NCBI GenBank assembly: GCA_963708025.1 | Contig: CAVPSB010000022.1 | Span: 1-64,000 of the forward strand | DNA length: 64,000 nucleotides | Origin: an uncultured Candidatus Rokubacteria bacterium | Lineage (GTDB): Bacteria > Methylomirabilota > Methylomirabilia > Rokubacteriales > DASRDR01 | Direction of reading: 5' to 3' | Part shown: piece after piece, positions 1 through 8,843 of the stretch | How the letters are laid out: every line of letters starts with the position of its first letter | Numbering within the stretch: position 1 is the first letter of the stretch | Program-made: the position numbers and the translations under genes | The notes under the pieces: model-generated | The model's database searches: none | Seen by the model: only the letters and a program-made list of their open reading frames with translations | Told to the model about the DNA's origin: nothing

Positions 1-3
1 CGA

Positions 4-1920
4 TCACGAAAGAAGCCCCGGCAGCCCCGCATCTTTCGGCCGGTCGGGCACGGGGATGACGGGACGCGCGGTGGTCAGGGGCAGCTCAACGGTGAACGTC
101 GTGCCCCCGCGCGGCCCCACCCGGAGTCCGACGGTCCCGCCATGATCCTCAACGACCTTGTGGACGATCGCCAGCCCGAGTCCGGTCCCGCTGGGTTTGG
201 TTGTGAAAAACGGGTTGAACACCTGGGCCGCCTGGGCGGGTGGGATGCCGGGACCGGTGTCCTGGATCTCGATGCGGACGCGGGGCGTGCCGCGCCGCCG
301 GCCCGGGGCGTCGAGTGCCTCGTCGGGCTCCCCAGACACTGCACGGAGGGTCAGCGTCCCGCCGTCCGGCGTGGCGTCGATCGCGTTCGAGACGAGGTTG
401 ACCATCGCCTGGTAGAGCTGTTCGCGGTCGGCTTCGATGGTCGGGAGTACCGGAGCGTACTCGCGCACCACGATGAGGTGTCGGGCGTCGATCGGGTCGC
501 CGTAGAGCTCGAGCACCTGGTCGAGGAGTTCGGGGACGCGGACGGTCGAGGTCGCCAGGCGTGCCGGCCGAGACAGCCGGAGTACGCTGTCCACGATCCC
601 ATTGATTCGCTCCAGCTCGCGCGGCACGACGTTCTGGAAGCGTTGGCGGAAGCGCTCGTCCCCGAACCGCCGGGACAGATGGCGAGTGAATGTCAGTAGG
701 GAGGTGAGCGGGTTCTTGATCTCGTGGGCCAGTCCGGCGGCGAGCGTGCCCAGTGCGGCGAGCCGGTCGGAGCGGCGGAGCTGCTCCTCGAGCTGGCGCA
801 CCGCGGTGAGATCCCGCAGGACGGCGACGACGCCCAGGTCTCGCCCATCGGCCCCGCGAAGGGGCGCCGCCGTCAACTCGACCTGGGCCGGGGCTGCGCC
901 GGGACGCGCTAGCGTGATGAAGGAAACGGCCCCGGGCGGGCGCGGCCCCCGCATGTAGTCGAGGAGGTCGGCCAGGTCGGGCAGGACGGCGAAGGCCTCA
1001 CGGCATGGGCGGCCCCGAACTTCAGCAAGCCGGCATCCGGTGAGGGCCTCAGCCGCCGGGTTCAGCGTGACCACGCAGCCGTCGAGGTCCAGGGTCACGA
1101 TGCCGCTAGTGAGTGATCCCAAGATGTGGTCGGTGTAGCTCTTGAGGTCCGACAGCTCGGCGAACCGGACGTCGAGCTCGGTCCGCTGCTGCACGAGCTG
1201 GCTCGCCATGTGGTTGAACGCGCGGGCGAGCTGGCCGATTTCGTTGGCGGTCTGGACCTCGATGCGCTGGGCGAGGTCGCCCCGGGAGATGGCGGCCGCG
1301 CCGGCGGCCAGCGCGCGGATCGGCCCCACGATCCGGCGCGCGACGAGGGCGGCCGCGCCGGCCCCGCCCAGAAGGAGCGCGAAGGCCAACAGAGCCAGAT
1401 CTCGCCGGGTCCCGGCGATCGCGGCTTCCATCCGCTCCTGCGACACCGCAACCCGCACCGTGCCCCACCGCTGCCCCTGCACCTCGACCGGCACCGCCAC
1501 CTCGTAGATGCGCTCGCCGGTTTTCGGCAGCGCCGTCTCCTGGAGCAGAAGGACCGAGGTCGCCGCGGCTCGGCGGCCGACCGGGTCGTCGGCTTCCGTT
1601 CCAACATGCCCAGGGTTCAGGCTGGAGGCCGCCACTCTCCCCTCGGCGTCGAGGACGATCGCGTAGGCGACGTCCGCCTCCTGGGCCGTCCGAGCCACGT
1701 TCTGCTCCAGGGCGGTGAAGTTGTAGAGCAGGAGCGGGCCCGTGGAGACCCCCGCCAGGCTCCGCGCGAGGACCATGCTCCGCTGCTGCACCTCGTCGAT
1801 GATCGCCACCCGCTGCTGGTGCTCGACAATCCCAATGAGGCCGGCCATCGTGAGGGTGATGACCAGGACGGCGCCCAGGATGAAGGTCGCCTGGAGCGAT
1901 ACGGCCGGCCGTCGTTTCAA
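4..1920 (-). CDS. Sensor histidine kinase (2 TM, HAMP, PAS, HisKA, HATPase; NtrB/AtoS-like)
   Basis: H-box LAHEIKNPL, N-box NLVSNAIDA, G-boxes DTGPGI and FFTTKPSGTGLGL. Probable TTG start at 1920 overlaps the upstream stop (TTGA). Confidence 0.93.
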   Translation of the reverse strand: MKRRPAVSLQATFILGAVLVITLTMAGLIGIVEHQQRVAIIDEVQQRSMVLARSLAGVSTGPLLLYNFTALEQNVARTAQEADVAYAIVLDAEGRVAASSLNPGHVGTEADDPVGRRAAATSVLLLQETALPKTGERIYEVAVPVEVQGQRWGTVRVAVSQERMEAAIAGTRRDLALLAFALLLGGAGAAALVARRIVGPIRALAAGAAAISRGDLAQRIEVQTANEIGQLARAFNHMASQLVQQRTELDVRFAELSDLKSYTDHILGSLTSGIVTLDLDGCVVTLNPAAEALTGCRLAEVRGRPCREAFAVLPDLADLLDYMRGPRPPGAVSFITLARPGAAPAQVELTAAPLRGADGRDLGVVAVLRDLTAVRQLEEQLRRSDRLAALGTLAAGLAHEIKNPLTSLLTFTRHLSRRFGDERFRQRFQNVVPRELERINGIVDSVLRLSRPARLATSTVRVPELLDQVLELYGDPIDARHLIVVREYAPVLPTIEADREQLYQAMVNLVSNAIDATPDGGTLTLRAVSGEPDEALDAPGRRRGTPRVRIEIQDTGPGIPPAQAAQVFNPFFTTKPSGTGLGLAIVHKVVEDHGGTVGLRVGPRGGTTFTVELPLTTARPVIPVPDRPKDAGLPGLLS

Positions 1921-3551
1921 CGGGCGCGCTCGAGCCACATCTTCCGCAGCGGGATGTACGGGTCGCCGAGGCCGTTGACCTCGATGCTCCGCACGTAGGG
2001 CTGGAAGAGTCGCTCGTAGGTCAGGTGCCAAATCGGGATCACGGGCGCGTCCTCGACAATCAGCTCCTCCGCCCGCTGGTACAGCGCCACCCGCCGCGTC
2101 GGGTCCGGCTCGGCGCGCGCCTTGTCAAGCAGCTCGTCGACGGTCGAGTTGGCATAGCCGAAGAAGTTGCGTGAACTCTGGGAGTGGAAGAGCTTGGATA
2201 GAAAGTTGTCGGGATCGGGGACGTCCGCATACCAGGCGTGAAGGAACACCGGGAACTTCCGCTCCGCCAGCCCCTTGCGGAAGGCGGGCCAGTCGGTGAG
2301 GTAGTGGAACTCGGCCCGGACCCCGACCGCCTCAAGGTCTTTTCGGATCCGCTCGTGTTCGCGCAGCGCGTCGTCGAATCGAACGCTCGACCAGATGGCG
2401 AGGGGCGGGAGCCCCTGCCCACCGGGATAGCCGGCCTGGGCCAGCAGCTCGCGTGCCCGGGTGGGGTCGAACGCGTAGCCCAGGAACTTCGGGTTGTACC
2501 CTGGGGTGCCGGGCGGCAGGATGCCGCGGGCGACGGTCTGGCGGCCGAGGAAGATCTCCGTGATGATCGCCTCGCGGTCGATGGCGTAGATGAGGGCTTG
2601 GCGGACGCGGCGGTCGTCGAGCGGCTTGGCTCGCACGTTGAAGCCGTAGTGCCGATGGTTGAACATGGGACGCTTGACGTACACGAACTGCTGGCTCGCG
2701 ACGACCTGCCGGTAGTCCCGCGTCGGCACGGGGGTGTCCTCGAGCTCGCCCCGCTGGAACTCCTCGTACATCCGGTCGGGCTGCTCGCCGGGGAAGATCC
2801 GGTACACGACGCGTGACAAGCGCGGGGGGCCGCCGAAGTAGTCAGGGTTGGCGGCCAGGACGATCTCCCGCCCCCGCTCCCAGCGGACGAACCGGAAGGG
2901 CCCGGTGCCGACCGGCTGGACGCCGAAGCGCTCACCATCCCGCTCGACCACGTCGCGCGGGACGATCTTCGCGTGGCCGACGGCAAGGACGGACACGAAA
3001 GGCACGGTCGCTTCGGTCAACGTCACCTGGACGGTATGCGAGTCGAGGGCCACAAGCCCGTTGATCCGTGGGACCCGTCCCTCGCGGAACTCCTGGGCGC
3101 CGCGGAGGGTGAGGAAGAGGTCCGCGCCGCCGGAGCTGGTCCGCGGGTCCACGATCCGCGTCAGCGAATAGACGACGTCGTCGGCCGTGACCTCCCGACC
3201 GTGATGAAACCGGACGCCCCGGCGCAGGGTGAAAGTCCACGTCAGCCCGTCACGGGAGGCCTTCCAGAACTGGGCGAGCCCCGGGACGACCGCGAGCGTG
3301 TGGTCGAACTCAACCAAGCCGTCGAAGATCTGCTGGGCGACAGCGAGGCTGTAGACGTCCCGAATCCGCGCCGGGTCCAGGGTGGCCGGGTCGTTCCCGA
3401 GCGGGCGCCGGTACGCACCGCTGTCGACACTCGGCCGGTTGGCGCCCCGCTCCTGCGCCGCCGGCGGCCAGGCGGCGGCCAGGATCGCCACGACCAGGCA
3501 GAACAAGACAAGAAGGGGGGCGCAAGCGCCCCCCTTCCCCCCGACGGACAT
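1917..3551 (-). CDS. Family 5 (peptide/nickel) extracellular solute-binding protein
   Basis: Signal peptide, DPATLDP, W(T)FTLRRGVRFHHG, GTGPF and DRRVRQAL motifs. No permease or ATPase genes are adjacent. Confidence 0.92.
   Translation of the reverse strand: MSVGGKGGACAPLLVLFCLVVAILAAAWPPAAQERGANRPSVDSGAYRRPLGNDPATLDPARIRDVYSLAVAQQIFDGLVEFDHTLAVVPGLAQFWKASRDGLTWTFTLRRGVRFHHGREVTADDVVYSLTRIVDPRTSSGGADLFLTLRGAQEFREGRVPRINGLVALDSHTVQVTLTEATVPFVSVLAVGHAKIVPRDVVERDGERFGVQPVGTGPFRFVRWERGREIVLAANPDYFGGPPRLSRVVYRIFPGEQPDRMYEEFQRGELEDTPVPTRDYRQVVASQQFVYVKRPMFNHRHYGFNVRAKPLDDRRVRQALIYAIDREAIITEIFLGRQTVARGILPPGTPGYNPKFLGYAFDPTRARELLAQAGYPGGQGLPPLAIWSSVRFDDALREHERIRKDLEAVGVRAEFHYLTDWPAFRKGLAERKFPVFLHAWYADVPDPDNFLSKLFHSQSSRNFFGYANSTVDELLDKARAEPDPTRRVALYQRAEELIVEDAPVIPIWHLTYERLFQPYVRSIEVNGLGDPYIPLRKMWLERAR
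3512..3537 (-). terminator. Intrinsic terminator-like hairpin downstream of the small peptide gene
   Basis: Perfect inverted repeat GAAGGGGGGCGC-TT-GCGCCCCCCTTC followed on the minus strand by TTGTCTTGTTCT. Confidence 0.6.
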
Positions 3552-3590
3552 GCGGGATGATCCCGCTCGACTAGACGGCAGCCAGGCCAG

Positions 3591-3722
3591 CTACCAGCCT
3601 CCGCTTTCCGCGTTGCCGATCGCGTGGAAGACGTGAACCGGGGCCTGCGTCCCGGACTCAATCACCGGGGCCACGAGCAGGAACGACGTGAGCACCACCA
3701 AGATCGCGACGAGCTTCACCAT
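3591..3722 (-). CDS. 43-aa secreted peptide MVKLVAILVVLTSFLLVAPVIESGTQAPVHVFHAIGNAESGGW (candidate signalling propeptide)
   Basis: Strong SD GAGGGAGG 7 nt before ATG, a hydrophobic signal-like N-terminus, an upstream sigma54 promoter and a downstream hairpin. Confidence 0.75.
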   Translation of the reverse strand: MVKLVAILVVLTSFLLVAPVIESGTQAPVHVFHAIGNAESGGW

Positions 3723-3819
3723 TGCACACCCTCCCTCAGTCGGCGTTGTGGATGGGTCCGTGGAATCCTCCACGAGAATTCCACGCACGAGAATCCCACG
3801 CGACTGCCCAGACGGCGAC

Positions 3820-3836
3820 AGCAAATCGTGGGCCAG
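3820..3836 (-). promoter_or_regulatory. Sigma54 (-24/-12) promoter
   Basis: CTGGCCCACGATTTGCT matches TGGC-N8-TTGCW with exact GG-N10-GC spacing, about 100 nt upstream of the peptide ATG. Confidence 0.75.
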
Positions 3837-4018
3837 CATCTGGAGCGGCCGAGCGTCAGGGGGCGCGGACGATGATTCCTTCGGTGGTTGGCCCCTGAGC
3901 CTGGCCGGGTCCTCGACCGCCCGCGCGCGAGGAGCGCCCCGGGGCTGTGCACTCGAGCGGGGGATTCCGGAGGAGGAGGTCGCCAGAACGCTCGAAACGA
4001 CGCCATGTTGGATCGCAC

Positions 4019-4036
4019 TGCACAGCGCACTGTGCA
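4019..4036. promoter_or_regulatory. Putative enhancer (bEBP binding) palindrome
   Basis: TGCACAG-CGCA-CTGTGCA within a run of GCACTG/GCACAG repeats, about 185 bp upstream of the sigma54 promoter. Resembles NtrC-type TGCAC...GTGCA. Confidence 0.5.
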
Positions 4037-4429
4037 CTGTGCCCAAGAAACGGTGCCCCCTGGGAGCTCGGGCCCGCCAGCGAGCTGGGTCGCGGCCACC
4101 CCGCAGATCGTCCGGGCTGACGACTCGCGTCGTGGCGATCGACGCGCTCAGTTCGGGGCCCGCCTTCCGCAGCAGATCCACCGCCTCCGGCCAGGCCGGA
4201 TCCCGCCCCGGCGCGACCTCCGCGGCGGGCCGGTCCCCCCGGAGCAGTCCGCCGGCGGGCCTCCTGGCAGTGAAGAGGCCTTCCGCGCCCTACGGGCCGC
4301 GGCAGGGTACTTCCGCGAGGCACCAGGATCCAGACCGGAGGAGATGCGCAGCTAACTTGGCGTCTCAACTGACAGAACGAACCTGGCCATCGGCTTGTTG
4401 AGTACTGTCCCGACCATCAGGCGGCTGCC

Positions 4430-5521
4430 GTCATCGAGACGCTCTCCGACCCGGCCCGCTCGACGTCGCCGGTCGAGGTCCGCCGGGCCTTCGCCCGGTA
4501 CGACCCGGCGGACGCCGCCGACGTCTACCGCCTCCTGGTGGCCCCGGTCGCGGACCTCCTGGCCGATCGGCGCATCGTCTACCTCGTCCCCGACGACGTC
4601 CTCTACCAGGTGCCGTTCGAGACGCTCCTGACCGCGCCGTTCTCCCCGCCGTCACCGGCGCCCGGGGCCATCGGCGCGGAGCTCGAGCAGGCCCCCTTCT
4701 GGGTCCGCCGCCACGACCTCGCCTACCTCCCCTCGGTGTCCGTCCTCCGGTCCGTCCGGACGGCCGGCCCGGGCGGGGGCGAGCGCACGTGGCCGCTGGT
4801 GGCGTTCGCCGATCCCGTCTTCGAGGATCGCGCCGACCCGCCGCCGGGTGCCGTTACGCGCGGCGCGCTGCTCCGCAACCTGCAGCGCGGGGGAGTGTAC
4901 CGGGCCACGCTCGCGCCGCTGCCGGACACGCGCGAGGAGGCGCTCCAGGCGGCCCGCGTCCTGGCCGGCCGACCCGACGACCTTTACCTGGGCCCTCAGG
5001 CCACCGAGAGCGCGGTCAAGCGCCTTCCCCTGCGCGAATACCGCGTGGTGCTGTTCGCGACCCACGGGCTGGTCTCCGGCGAGTTCGCCCCGGGGGTCCA
5101 GCCGGCGCTCGCGCTGAGCTTCGTCGGCGACGCCGACAACGACGGCTTGCTCGAGGTCGGCGAGATCCTGGGACTCGAGCTGAACGCGGACCTCGTCGTC
5201 CTCTCCGCGTGCAACACCGCGGGCGGCGTGGACGGGGAGGACCGCGGCGAGGGCTTCGCCGGCCTGACCCGGAGCTTCATGTACGCCGGCGCCCGATCGC
5301 TCCTGGTGACCCTCTGGAGCGTCGAGACCACGACCGCGCGGACGCTGACCGAGGCCACCTTCGGCCGGATGGCCGGCGCCGGCACCGCGGCAGCGCTCGC
5401 CCAGGCCAAGCGGGCGATGCTCTCGGGAGCTGCCGCCGTCCGCCTCGGCCCCAACCTCGCCGCCTCGATGGCGCACCCCTTCTTCTGGGCGCCCTTCGTG
5501 GTCGTCGGCGACGCCCGGTAG
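4430..5521 (+). pseudogene. CHAT-domain (caspase-like) protease, N-terminally truncated or stand-alone
   Basis: LVPDDVLYQVPFETL, FATHG, LVVLSACNT, TLWSV and HPFFWAPF motifs. Coding-like sequence extends upstream of the first GTG (4538) to an in-frame TGA at 4370 with no proper start. Confidence 0.7.
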
Positions 5522-5538
5522 CGCCGCCCAGCCCCACC

Positions 5539-6292
5539 CTACCGGGGCTGACGCTTGGCGCAGGCGGTGACGAAGGCGTCGAACAGCCGGCGGGAGGCCG
5601 GGTCGCCGCCGAGGGCCAGCTCCTCGGGGTGCCACTGGACGCCGACGAGGAAGGCCGAGGGCGCCGGGTCGCTGGCCTCGACGGCCTCGATCAGGCCGTC
5701 CGGGGCGGAGGCGACCGGGACGAGGCCGGGGGCGAGAGCCTTGATCCCCTGGTGGTGCATGCTGTTGACGCGGATCTCGCCCTCGCCCACCAGGTCCGCG
5801 AGGAACGAGCGCGGCCGCACGGTGACGAGCGTGGCTGGGCTGGACGCGGGGCACCGGCGGCTCGAGCCGCGCCTGGTCGTGGGCCACGTCGGCCCGGAAG
5901 TCGGTCGCCAGGTCCTGGTAGAGGCTGCCCCCGAGCGCGACGTTGAGGACCTGGATCCCGCGGCAGATCGCGAGGACCGGCAGCCCGTCGGCGAGCGCCC
6001 ACTCGAGCAGGCGGAACTCGACGGCGTCCCGCTCGGGCACGCTCTCGACGCTCGGGTGCGCCACCGGCTCACCGTAGCGCTCCGGCATCACGTCCTCGCC
6101 GCCGGTCAGGAGGAGCCCGTCCAGCAGCTCGTACAGCTCGCGGAGCGCGTCCCCCTGGTGGGCGGGCGCGGCCACGATCGGCAGCCCGCCGGCCTCGCGG
6201 ACACCGACCAGGTACGGCTCGTTGACGAACGTGCGCCGCGTCCCGATCCGGTGCGGGGCGACGGACCCGGTGACGCCGATTCGCGGGAGCAT
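5539..6292 (-). CDS. Gamma-glutamyl-gamma-aminobutyrate hydrolase family (peptidase C26, PuuD-like); frameshift near 5830
   Basis: GLLLTGGED, AICRGIQ, VNSMHHQ and GVQWHPE motifs split over two frames. Confidence 0.88.
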
Positions 6293-6299
6293 GGGGCTC

Positions 6300-6329
6300 A
6301 CCGTACCATCCCGCGACGAAGCGTGTCAA
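6300..6329 (-). promoter_or_regulatory. Sigma70-type promoter, probably leaderless transcript
   Basis: TTGACA-N18-TACGGT, 7 nt before ATG 6292. Confidence 0.55.
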
Positions 6330-6390
6330 AGTCGCGGCGCTCCACCTCAGACGTTGACCCCGGGCGTGGTCTCGTGATGGGATACAAGCC

Positions 6391-8154
6391 ATGACGGTGG
6401 ACTCCGCGCCGGAGCGAGTGAGCAGCGGGCCGGGCGGGCGCGCGTTCCGCCCCGAGGCCCTCGGGACCCGCTACGCCGTGGCGGCCGGCCACCCGCTGGC
6501 GGCGCTGGCCGCCTTCCGGATCCTGGAGGCGGGCGGCAACGCGGTGGATGCCGGCGTGGCGGGGGGGATCTGCCTCGGGGTGGTCCACCCCGACATCGTC
6601 AACTTCGCGGGCGTGGCGCCCATCATGATCTACGACGCCGGCCGCCGCGAGGTCGCGACGATCTCCGGGCTCGGCGTGTGGCCGCGCCGGGCGAGCGTCG
6701 AGTTCTTCGTCCGCGAGTGCGGGGGCGAGATCCCCGAGGGCATCCGGCGCACGGTGGTGCCGGCGGCGCCCGACGCCTGGATCACCGCGCTCGAGCGCTT
6801 CGGCACCCTGGGGTTCGCCGAGGTGGCGGCGCCCGCGATCGAGCTGGCGCGCGATGGCTTCCCGCTGGGCCCCTTCGTGGCCGGCATCATCCGCCAGAAT
6901 GCGGCGAAGTATCGCCGGTGGCCGACCTCCGCCCCGATCTACCTGCCCGGCGGCCAGCCGCCGGCGGCGGGGCAGCGGTTCGTCCAGGCCGACCTGGGCC
7001 GCACGCTCGCCTACCTGGCGGACGAGGACCGGGCCGCGCGCCGCCGCGGTCGCGTCGCCGGTCTCGCGGCCGCCCGCGACGCCTTCTACCGGGGCGACGT
7101 CGCGGCGACCATCGCGCGCTACCACGCGGAGGAGGGCGGCCTGCTCACCCGCGAGGACCTCGCGGAGTTCCGGGTGGGGATCGAGCCGGCGCTCCACACC
7201 GCGTTCCACGGCCACGAGGTCTGGAGCTGCGGCTTCTGGTGCCAGGGTCCGGTGTTCCTCCAGATGCTGAACATCCTGGCGGCGTTCGACCTCGGCGCGC
7301 TCGGCCACAACTCACCCGACTACATCCACGTCGTCACCGAGGCGATGAAGCTGGCCTTCGCCGACCGGGAGGCCTACTACGGCGATCCCCGCCACGTGAA
7401 GATCCCGGCCGACGGGCTGCTCGACCCGGCCTACGGGCTGGCGCGGCGCCGGCTCCTCGACGCGGCGCGGGCCTGGCCGGCGATGCCGCCCCCCGGCGAT
7501 CCGGTCGCCCGGCAGCCGATCGCACCCTCCTGGACGGGACCCACGGACCCGGGCGGCGGGGTCCCGTCCGCGCTGGGCACCTCGTACATCGCGGTCGTGG
7601 ACGGGGCCGGCAACGCGTTCTCGGCCACCCCGAGCGACGTCTCGACGGACACGCCGATCGTGCCCGGCACCGGTCTCGCGGTCTCCTCGCGCGGCTCCCA
7701 GTCCTGGCTCGATCCCGAGCATCCGAGCGCCGTCGCGCCCGGCCGGCGGCCGCGCCTGACCCCGAACCCGGCCATGCTCTTCCGCGAGGGCCGGCTCGTC
7801 ATGCCCTTCGGGACACCGGGCGGGGACGTGCAGACCCAGGCGATGCTCCAGGTCCTGCTCAACGTCGTGGTCTTCGGCCAGGCGCCGCAGGCCGCCGTCG
7901 AGGCCCCGCGCTTCGCCACCCAGTCCTTCCCCGACTCGTTCTGGCCGCACCGCTACTTCCCCGGCCGCCTGACCCTGGAGGGGCGCATCCCCGACCCGAC
8001 GGCCGCCGCGCTGGCCGACCGCGGCCACCGCGTCGAGCGCTGGCCGGACTGGGAGTGGCGGGCAGGGGCGGTCTGCCTGGTGCGGGTGGACGAGGCCGGC
8101 GTGCGGTGGGGCGCCGCCGATCCGCGGCGGGACTCCTACGCGGTGGCGTGGTAG
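6391..8154 (+). CDS. ggt: Gamma-glutamyltransferase family protein
   Basis: GGNAVDAG, AFADRE, catalytic Thr in GTSYIAVVD, GTPGG and C-terminal GAADPRR. Confidence 0.93.
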   Translation: MTVDSAPERVSSGPGGRAFRPEALGTRYAVAAGHPLAALAAFRILEAGGNAVDAGVAGGICLGVVHPDIVNFAGVAPIMIYDAGRREVATISGLGVWPRRASVEFFVRECGGEIPEGIRRTVVPAAPDAWITALERFGTLGFAEVAAPAIELARDGFPLGPFVAGIIRQNAAKYRRWPTSAPIYLPGGQPPAAGQRFVQADLGRTLAYLADEDRAARRRGRVAGLAAARDAFYRGDVAATIARYHAEEGGLLTREDLAEFRVGIEPALHTAFHGHEVWSCGFWCQGPVFLQMLNILAAFDLGALGHNSPDYIHVVTEAMKLAFADREAYYGDPRHVKIPADGLLDPAYGLARRRLLDAARAWPAMPPPGDPVARQPIAPSWTGPTDPGGGVPSALGTSYIAVVDGAGNAFSATPSDVSTDTPIVPGTGLAVSSRGSQSWLDPEHPSAVAPGRRPRLTPNPAMLFREGRLVMPFGTPGGDVQTQAMLQVLLNVVVFGQAPQAAVEAPRFATQSFPDSFWPHRYFPGRLTLEGRIPDPTAAALADRGHRVERWPDWEWRAGAVCLVRVDEAGVRWGAADPRRDSYAVAW

Positions 8155-8723
8155 GGCGGGCCCGCCCCCTCCTTCTGCTGCTGGCCCTGGCAGGCTGCGC
8201 GGTCGAGACGGGCCGGGTGCCGGCCCCGGTGAGCCTGACGCCCGGTGAGCCCACCCCGCCGCCCATCATCTCCGGGTTCGGCGACTGGCGCGGCGCCGGG
8301 GGCGCGTCCGGGCCGTGGCGGCACAACGGGATCGACATCCGGGTCCCTGTCGGGACACCGGTGCTGGCCGCGGCCGACGGGGAGGTGCTGCGGATCGGCG
8401 AGGGGCGCGCCGCGGGGAGGATGGTCGTCGTCGGCCACGCCGGCGGCCTGGCGACCGTCTACATGCACCTCTCGGAGATCGGGGTGCGCTCCGGTCAGGT
8501 CGTCCGGCGCGGTGAGCCGGTGGGACGCTCCGGGATGACGGGCAACGCCACCACCCCGCACCTCCACTTCGGCGTCTGTGGCCGTCCGGATGGCCAGTGC
8601 GGCTCCGGGATCGATGCCGGCTGGGACGATCCGGCGCGCCACTGGGTCGAGGGCAGGCCCTGCTACGGGCCGGGGCACCCGTATCCGCCCGGCCGCCTCA
8701 CATATCCCCTGCCCTGCGGCTGA
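8148..8723 (+). CDS. M23 family metallopeptidase lipoprotein
   Basis: Lipobox LAGC, HNGID, YMHL and PHLHF motifs. Confidence 0.88.
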   Translation: MVGRARPLLLLLALAGCAVETGRVPAPVSLTPGEPTPPPIISGFGDWRGAGGASGPWRHNGIDIRVPVGTPVLAAADGEVLRIGEGRAAGRMVVVGHAGGLATVYMHLSEIGVRSGQVVRRGEPVGRSGMTGNATTPHLHFGVCGRPDGQCGSGIDAGWDDPARHWVEGRPCYGPGHPYPPGRLTYPLPCG

Positions 8724-8727
8724 TCAT

Positions 8728-8802
8728 TCGGGACCTCCCGCCCACCCCCCCAGCCCCCCTCCCCCACCCACCGGGGGGGAGGGGGGAGCCGGAGGACCCG
8801 AT
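8728..8802. repeat. GC-rich palindromic REP-like element (copy A)
   Basis: CGGGACCTCCCGCCCACCC...CCCCCTCCCCCACCCACCGGGGGGGAGGGGGGAGCCGGAGGACCCGAT; related copies elsewhere in the window. Confidence 0.8.
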
Positions 8803-8843
8803 CGCCCATAGTGGAACTGGATGAGGATCCTTCCGAAGGGCGT

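Noticed and set aside
3591-4181. 196-aa version of the peptide ORF
   Set aside because: The upstream extension overlaps the promoter elements; the SD supports ATG 3722.
4430-5521. CHAT protease as part of a Craspase or other defence system
   Set aside because: No CRISPR, gasdermin or STAND genes are nearby.
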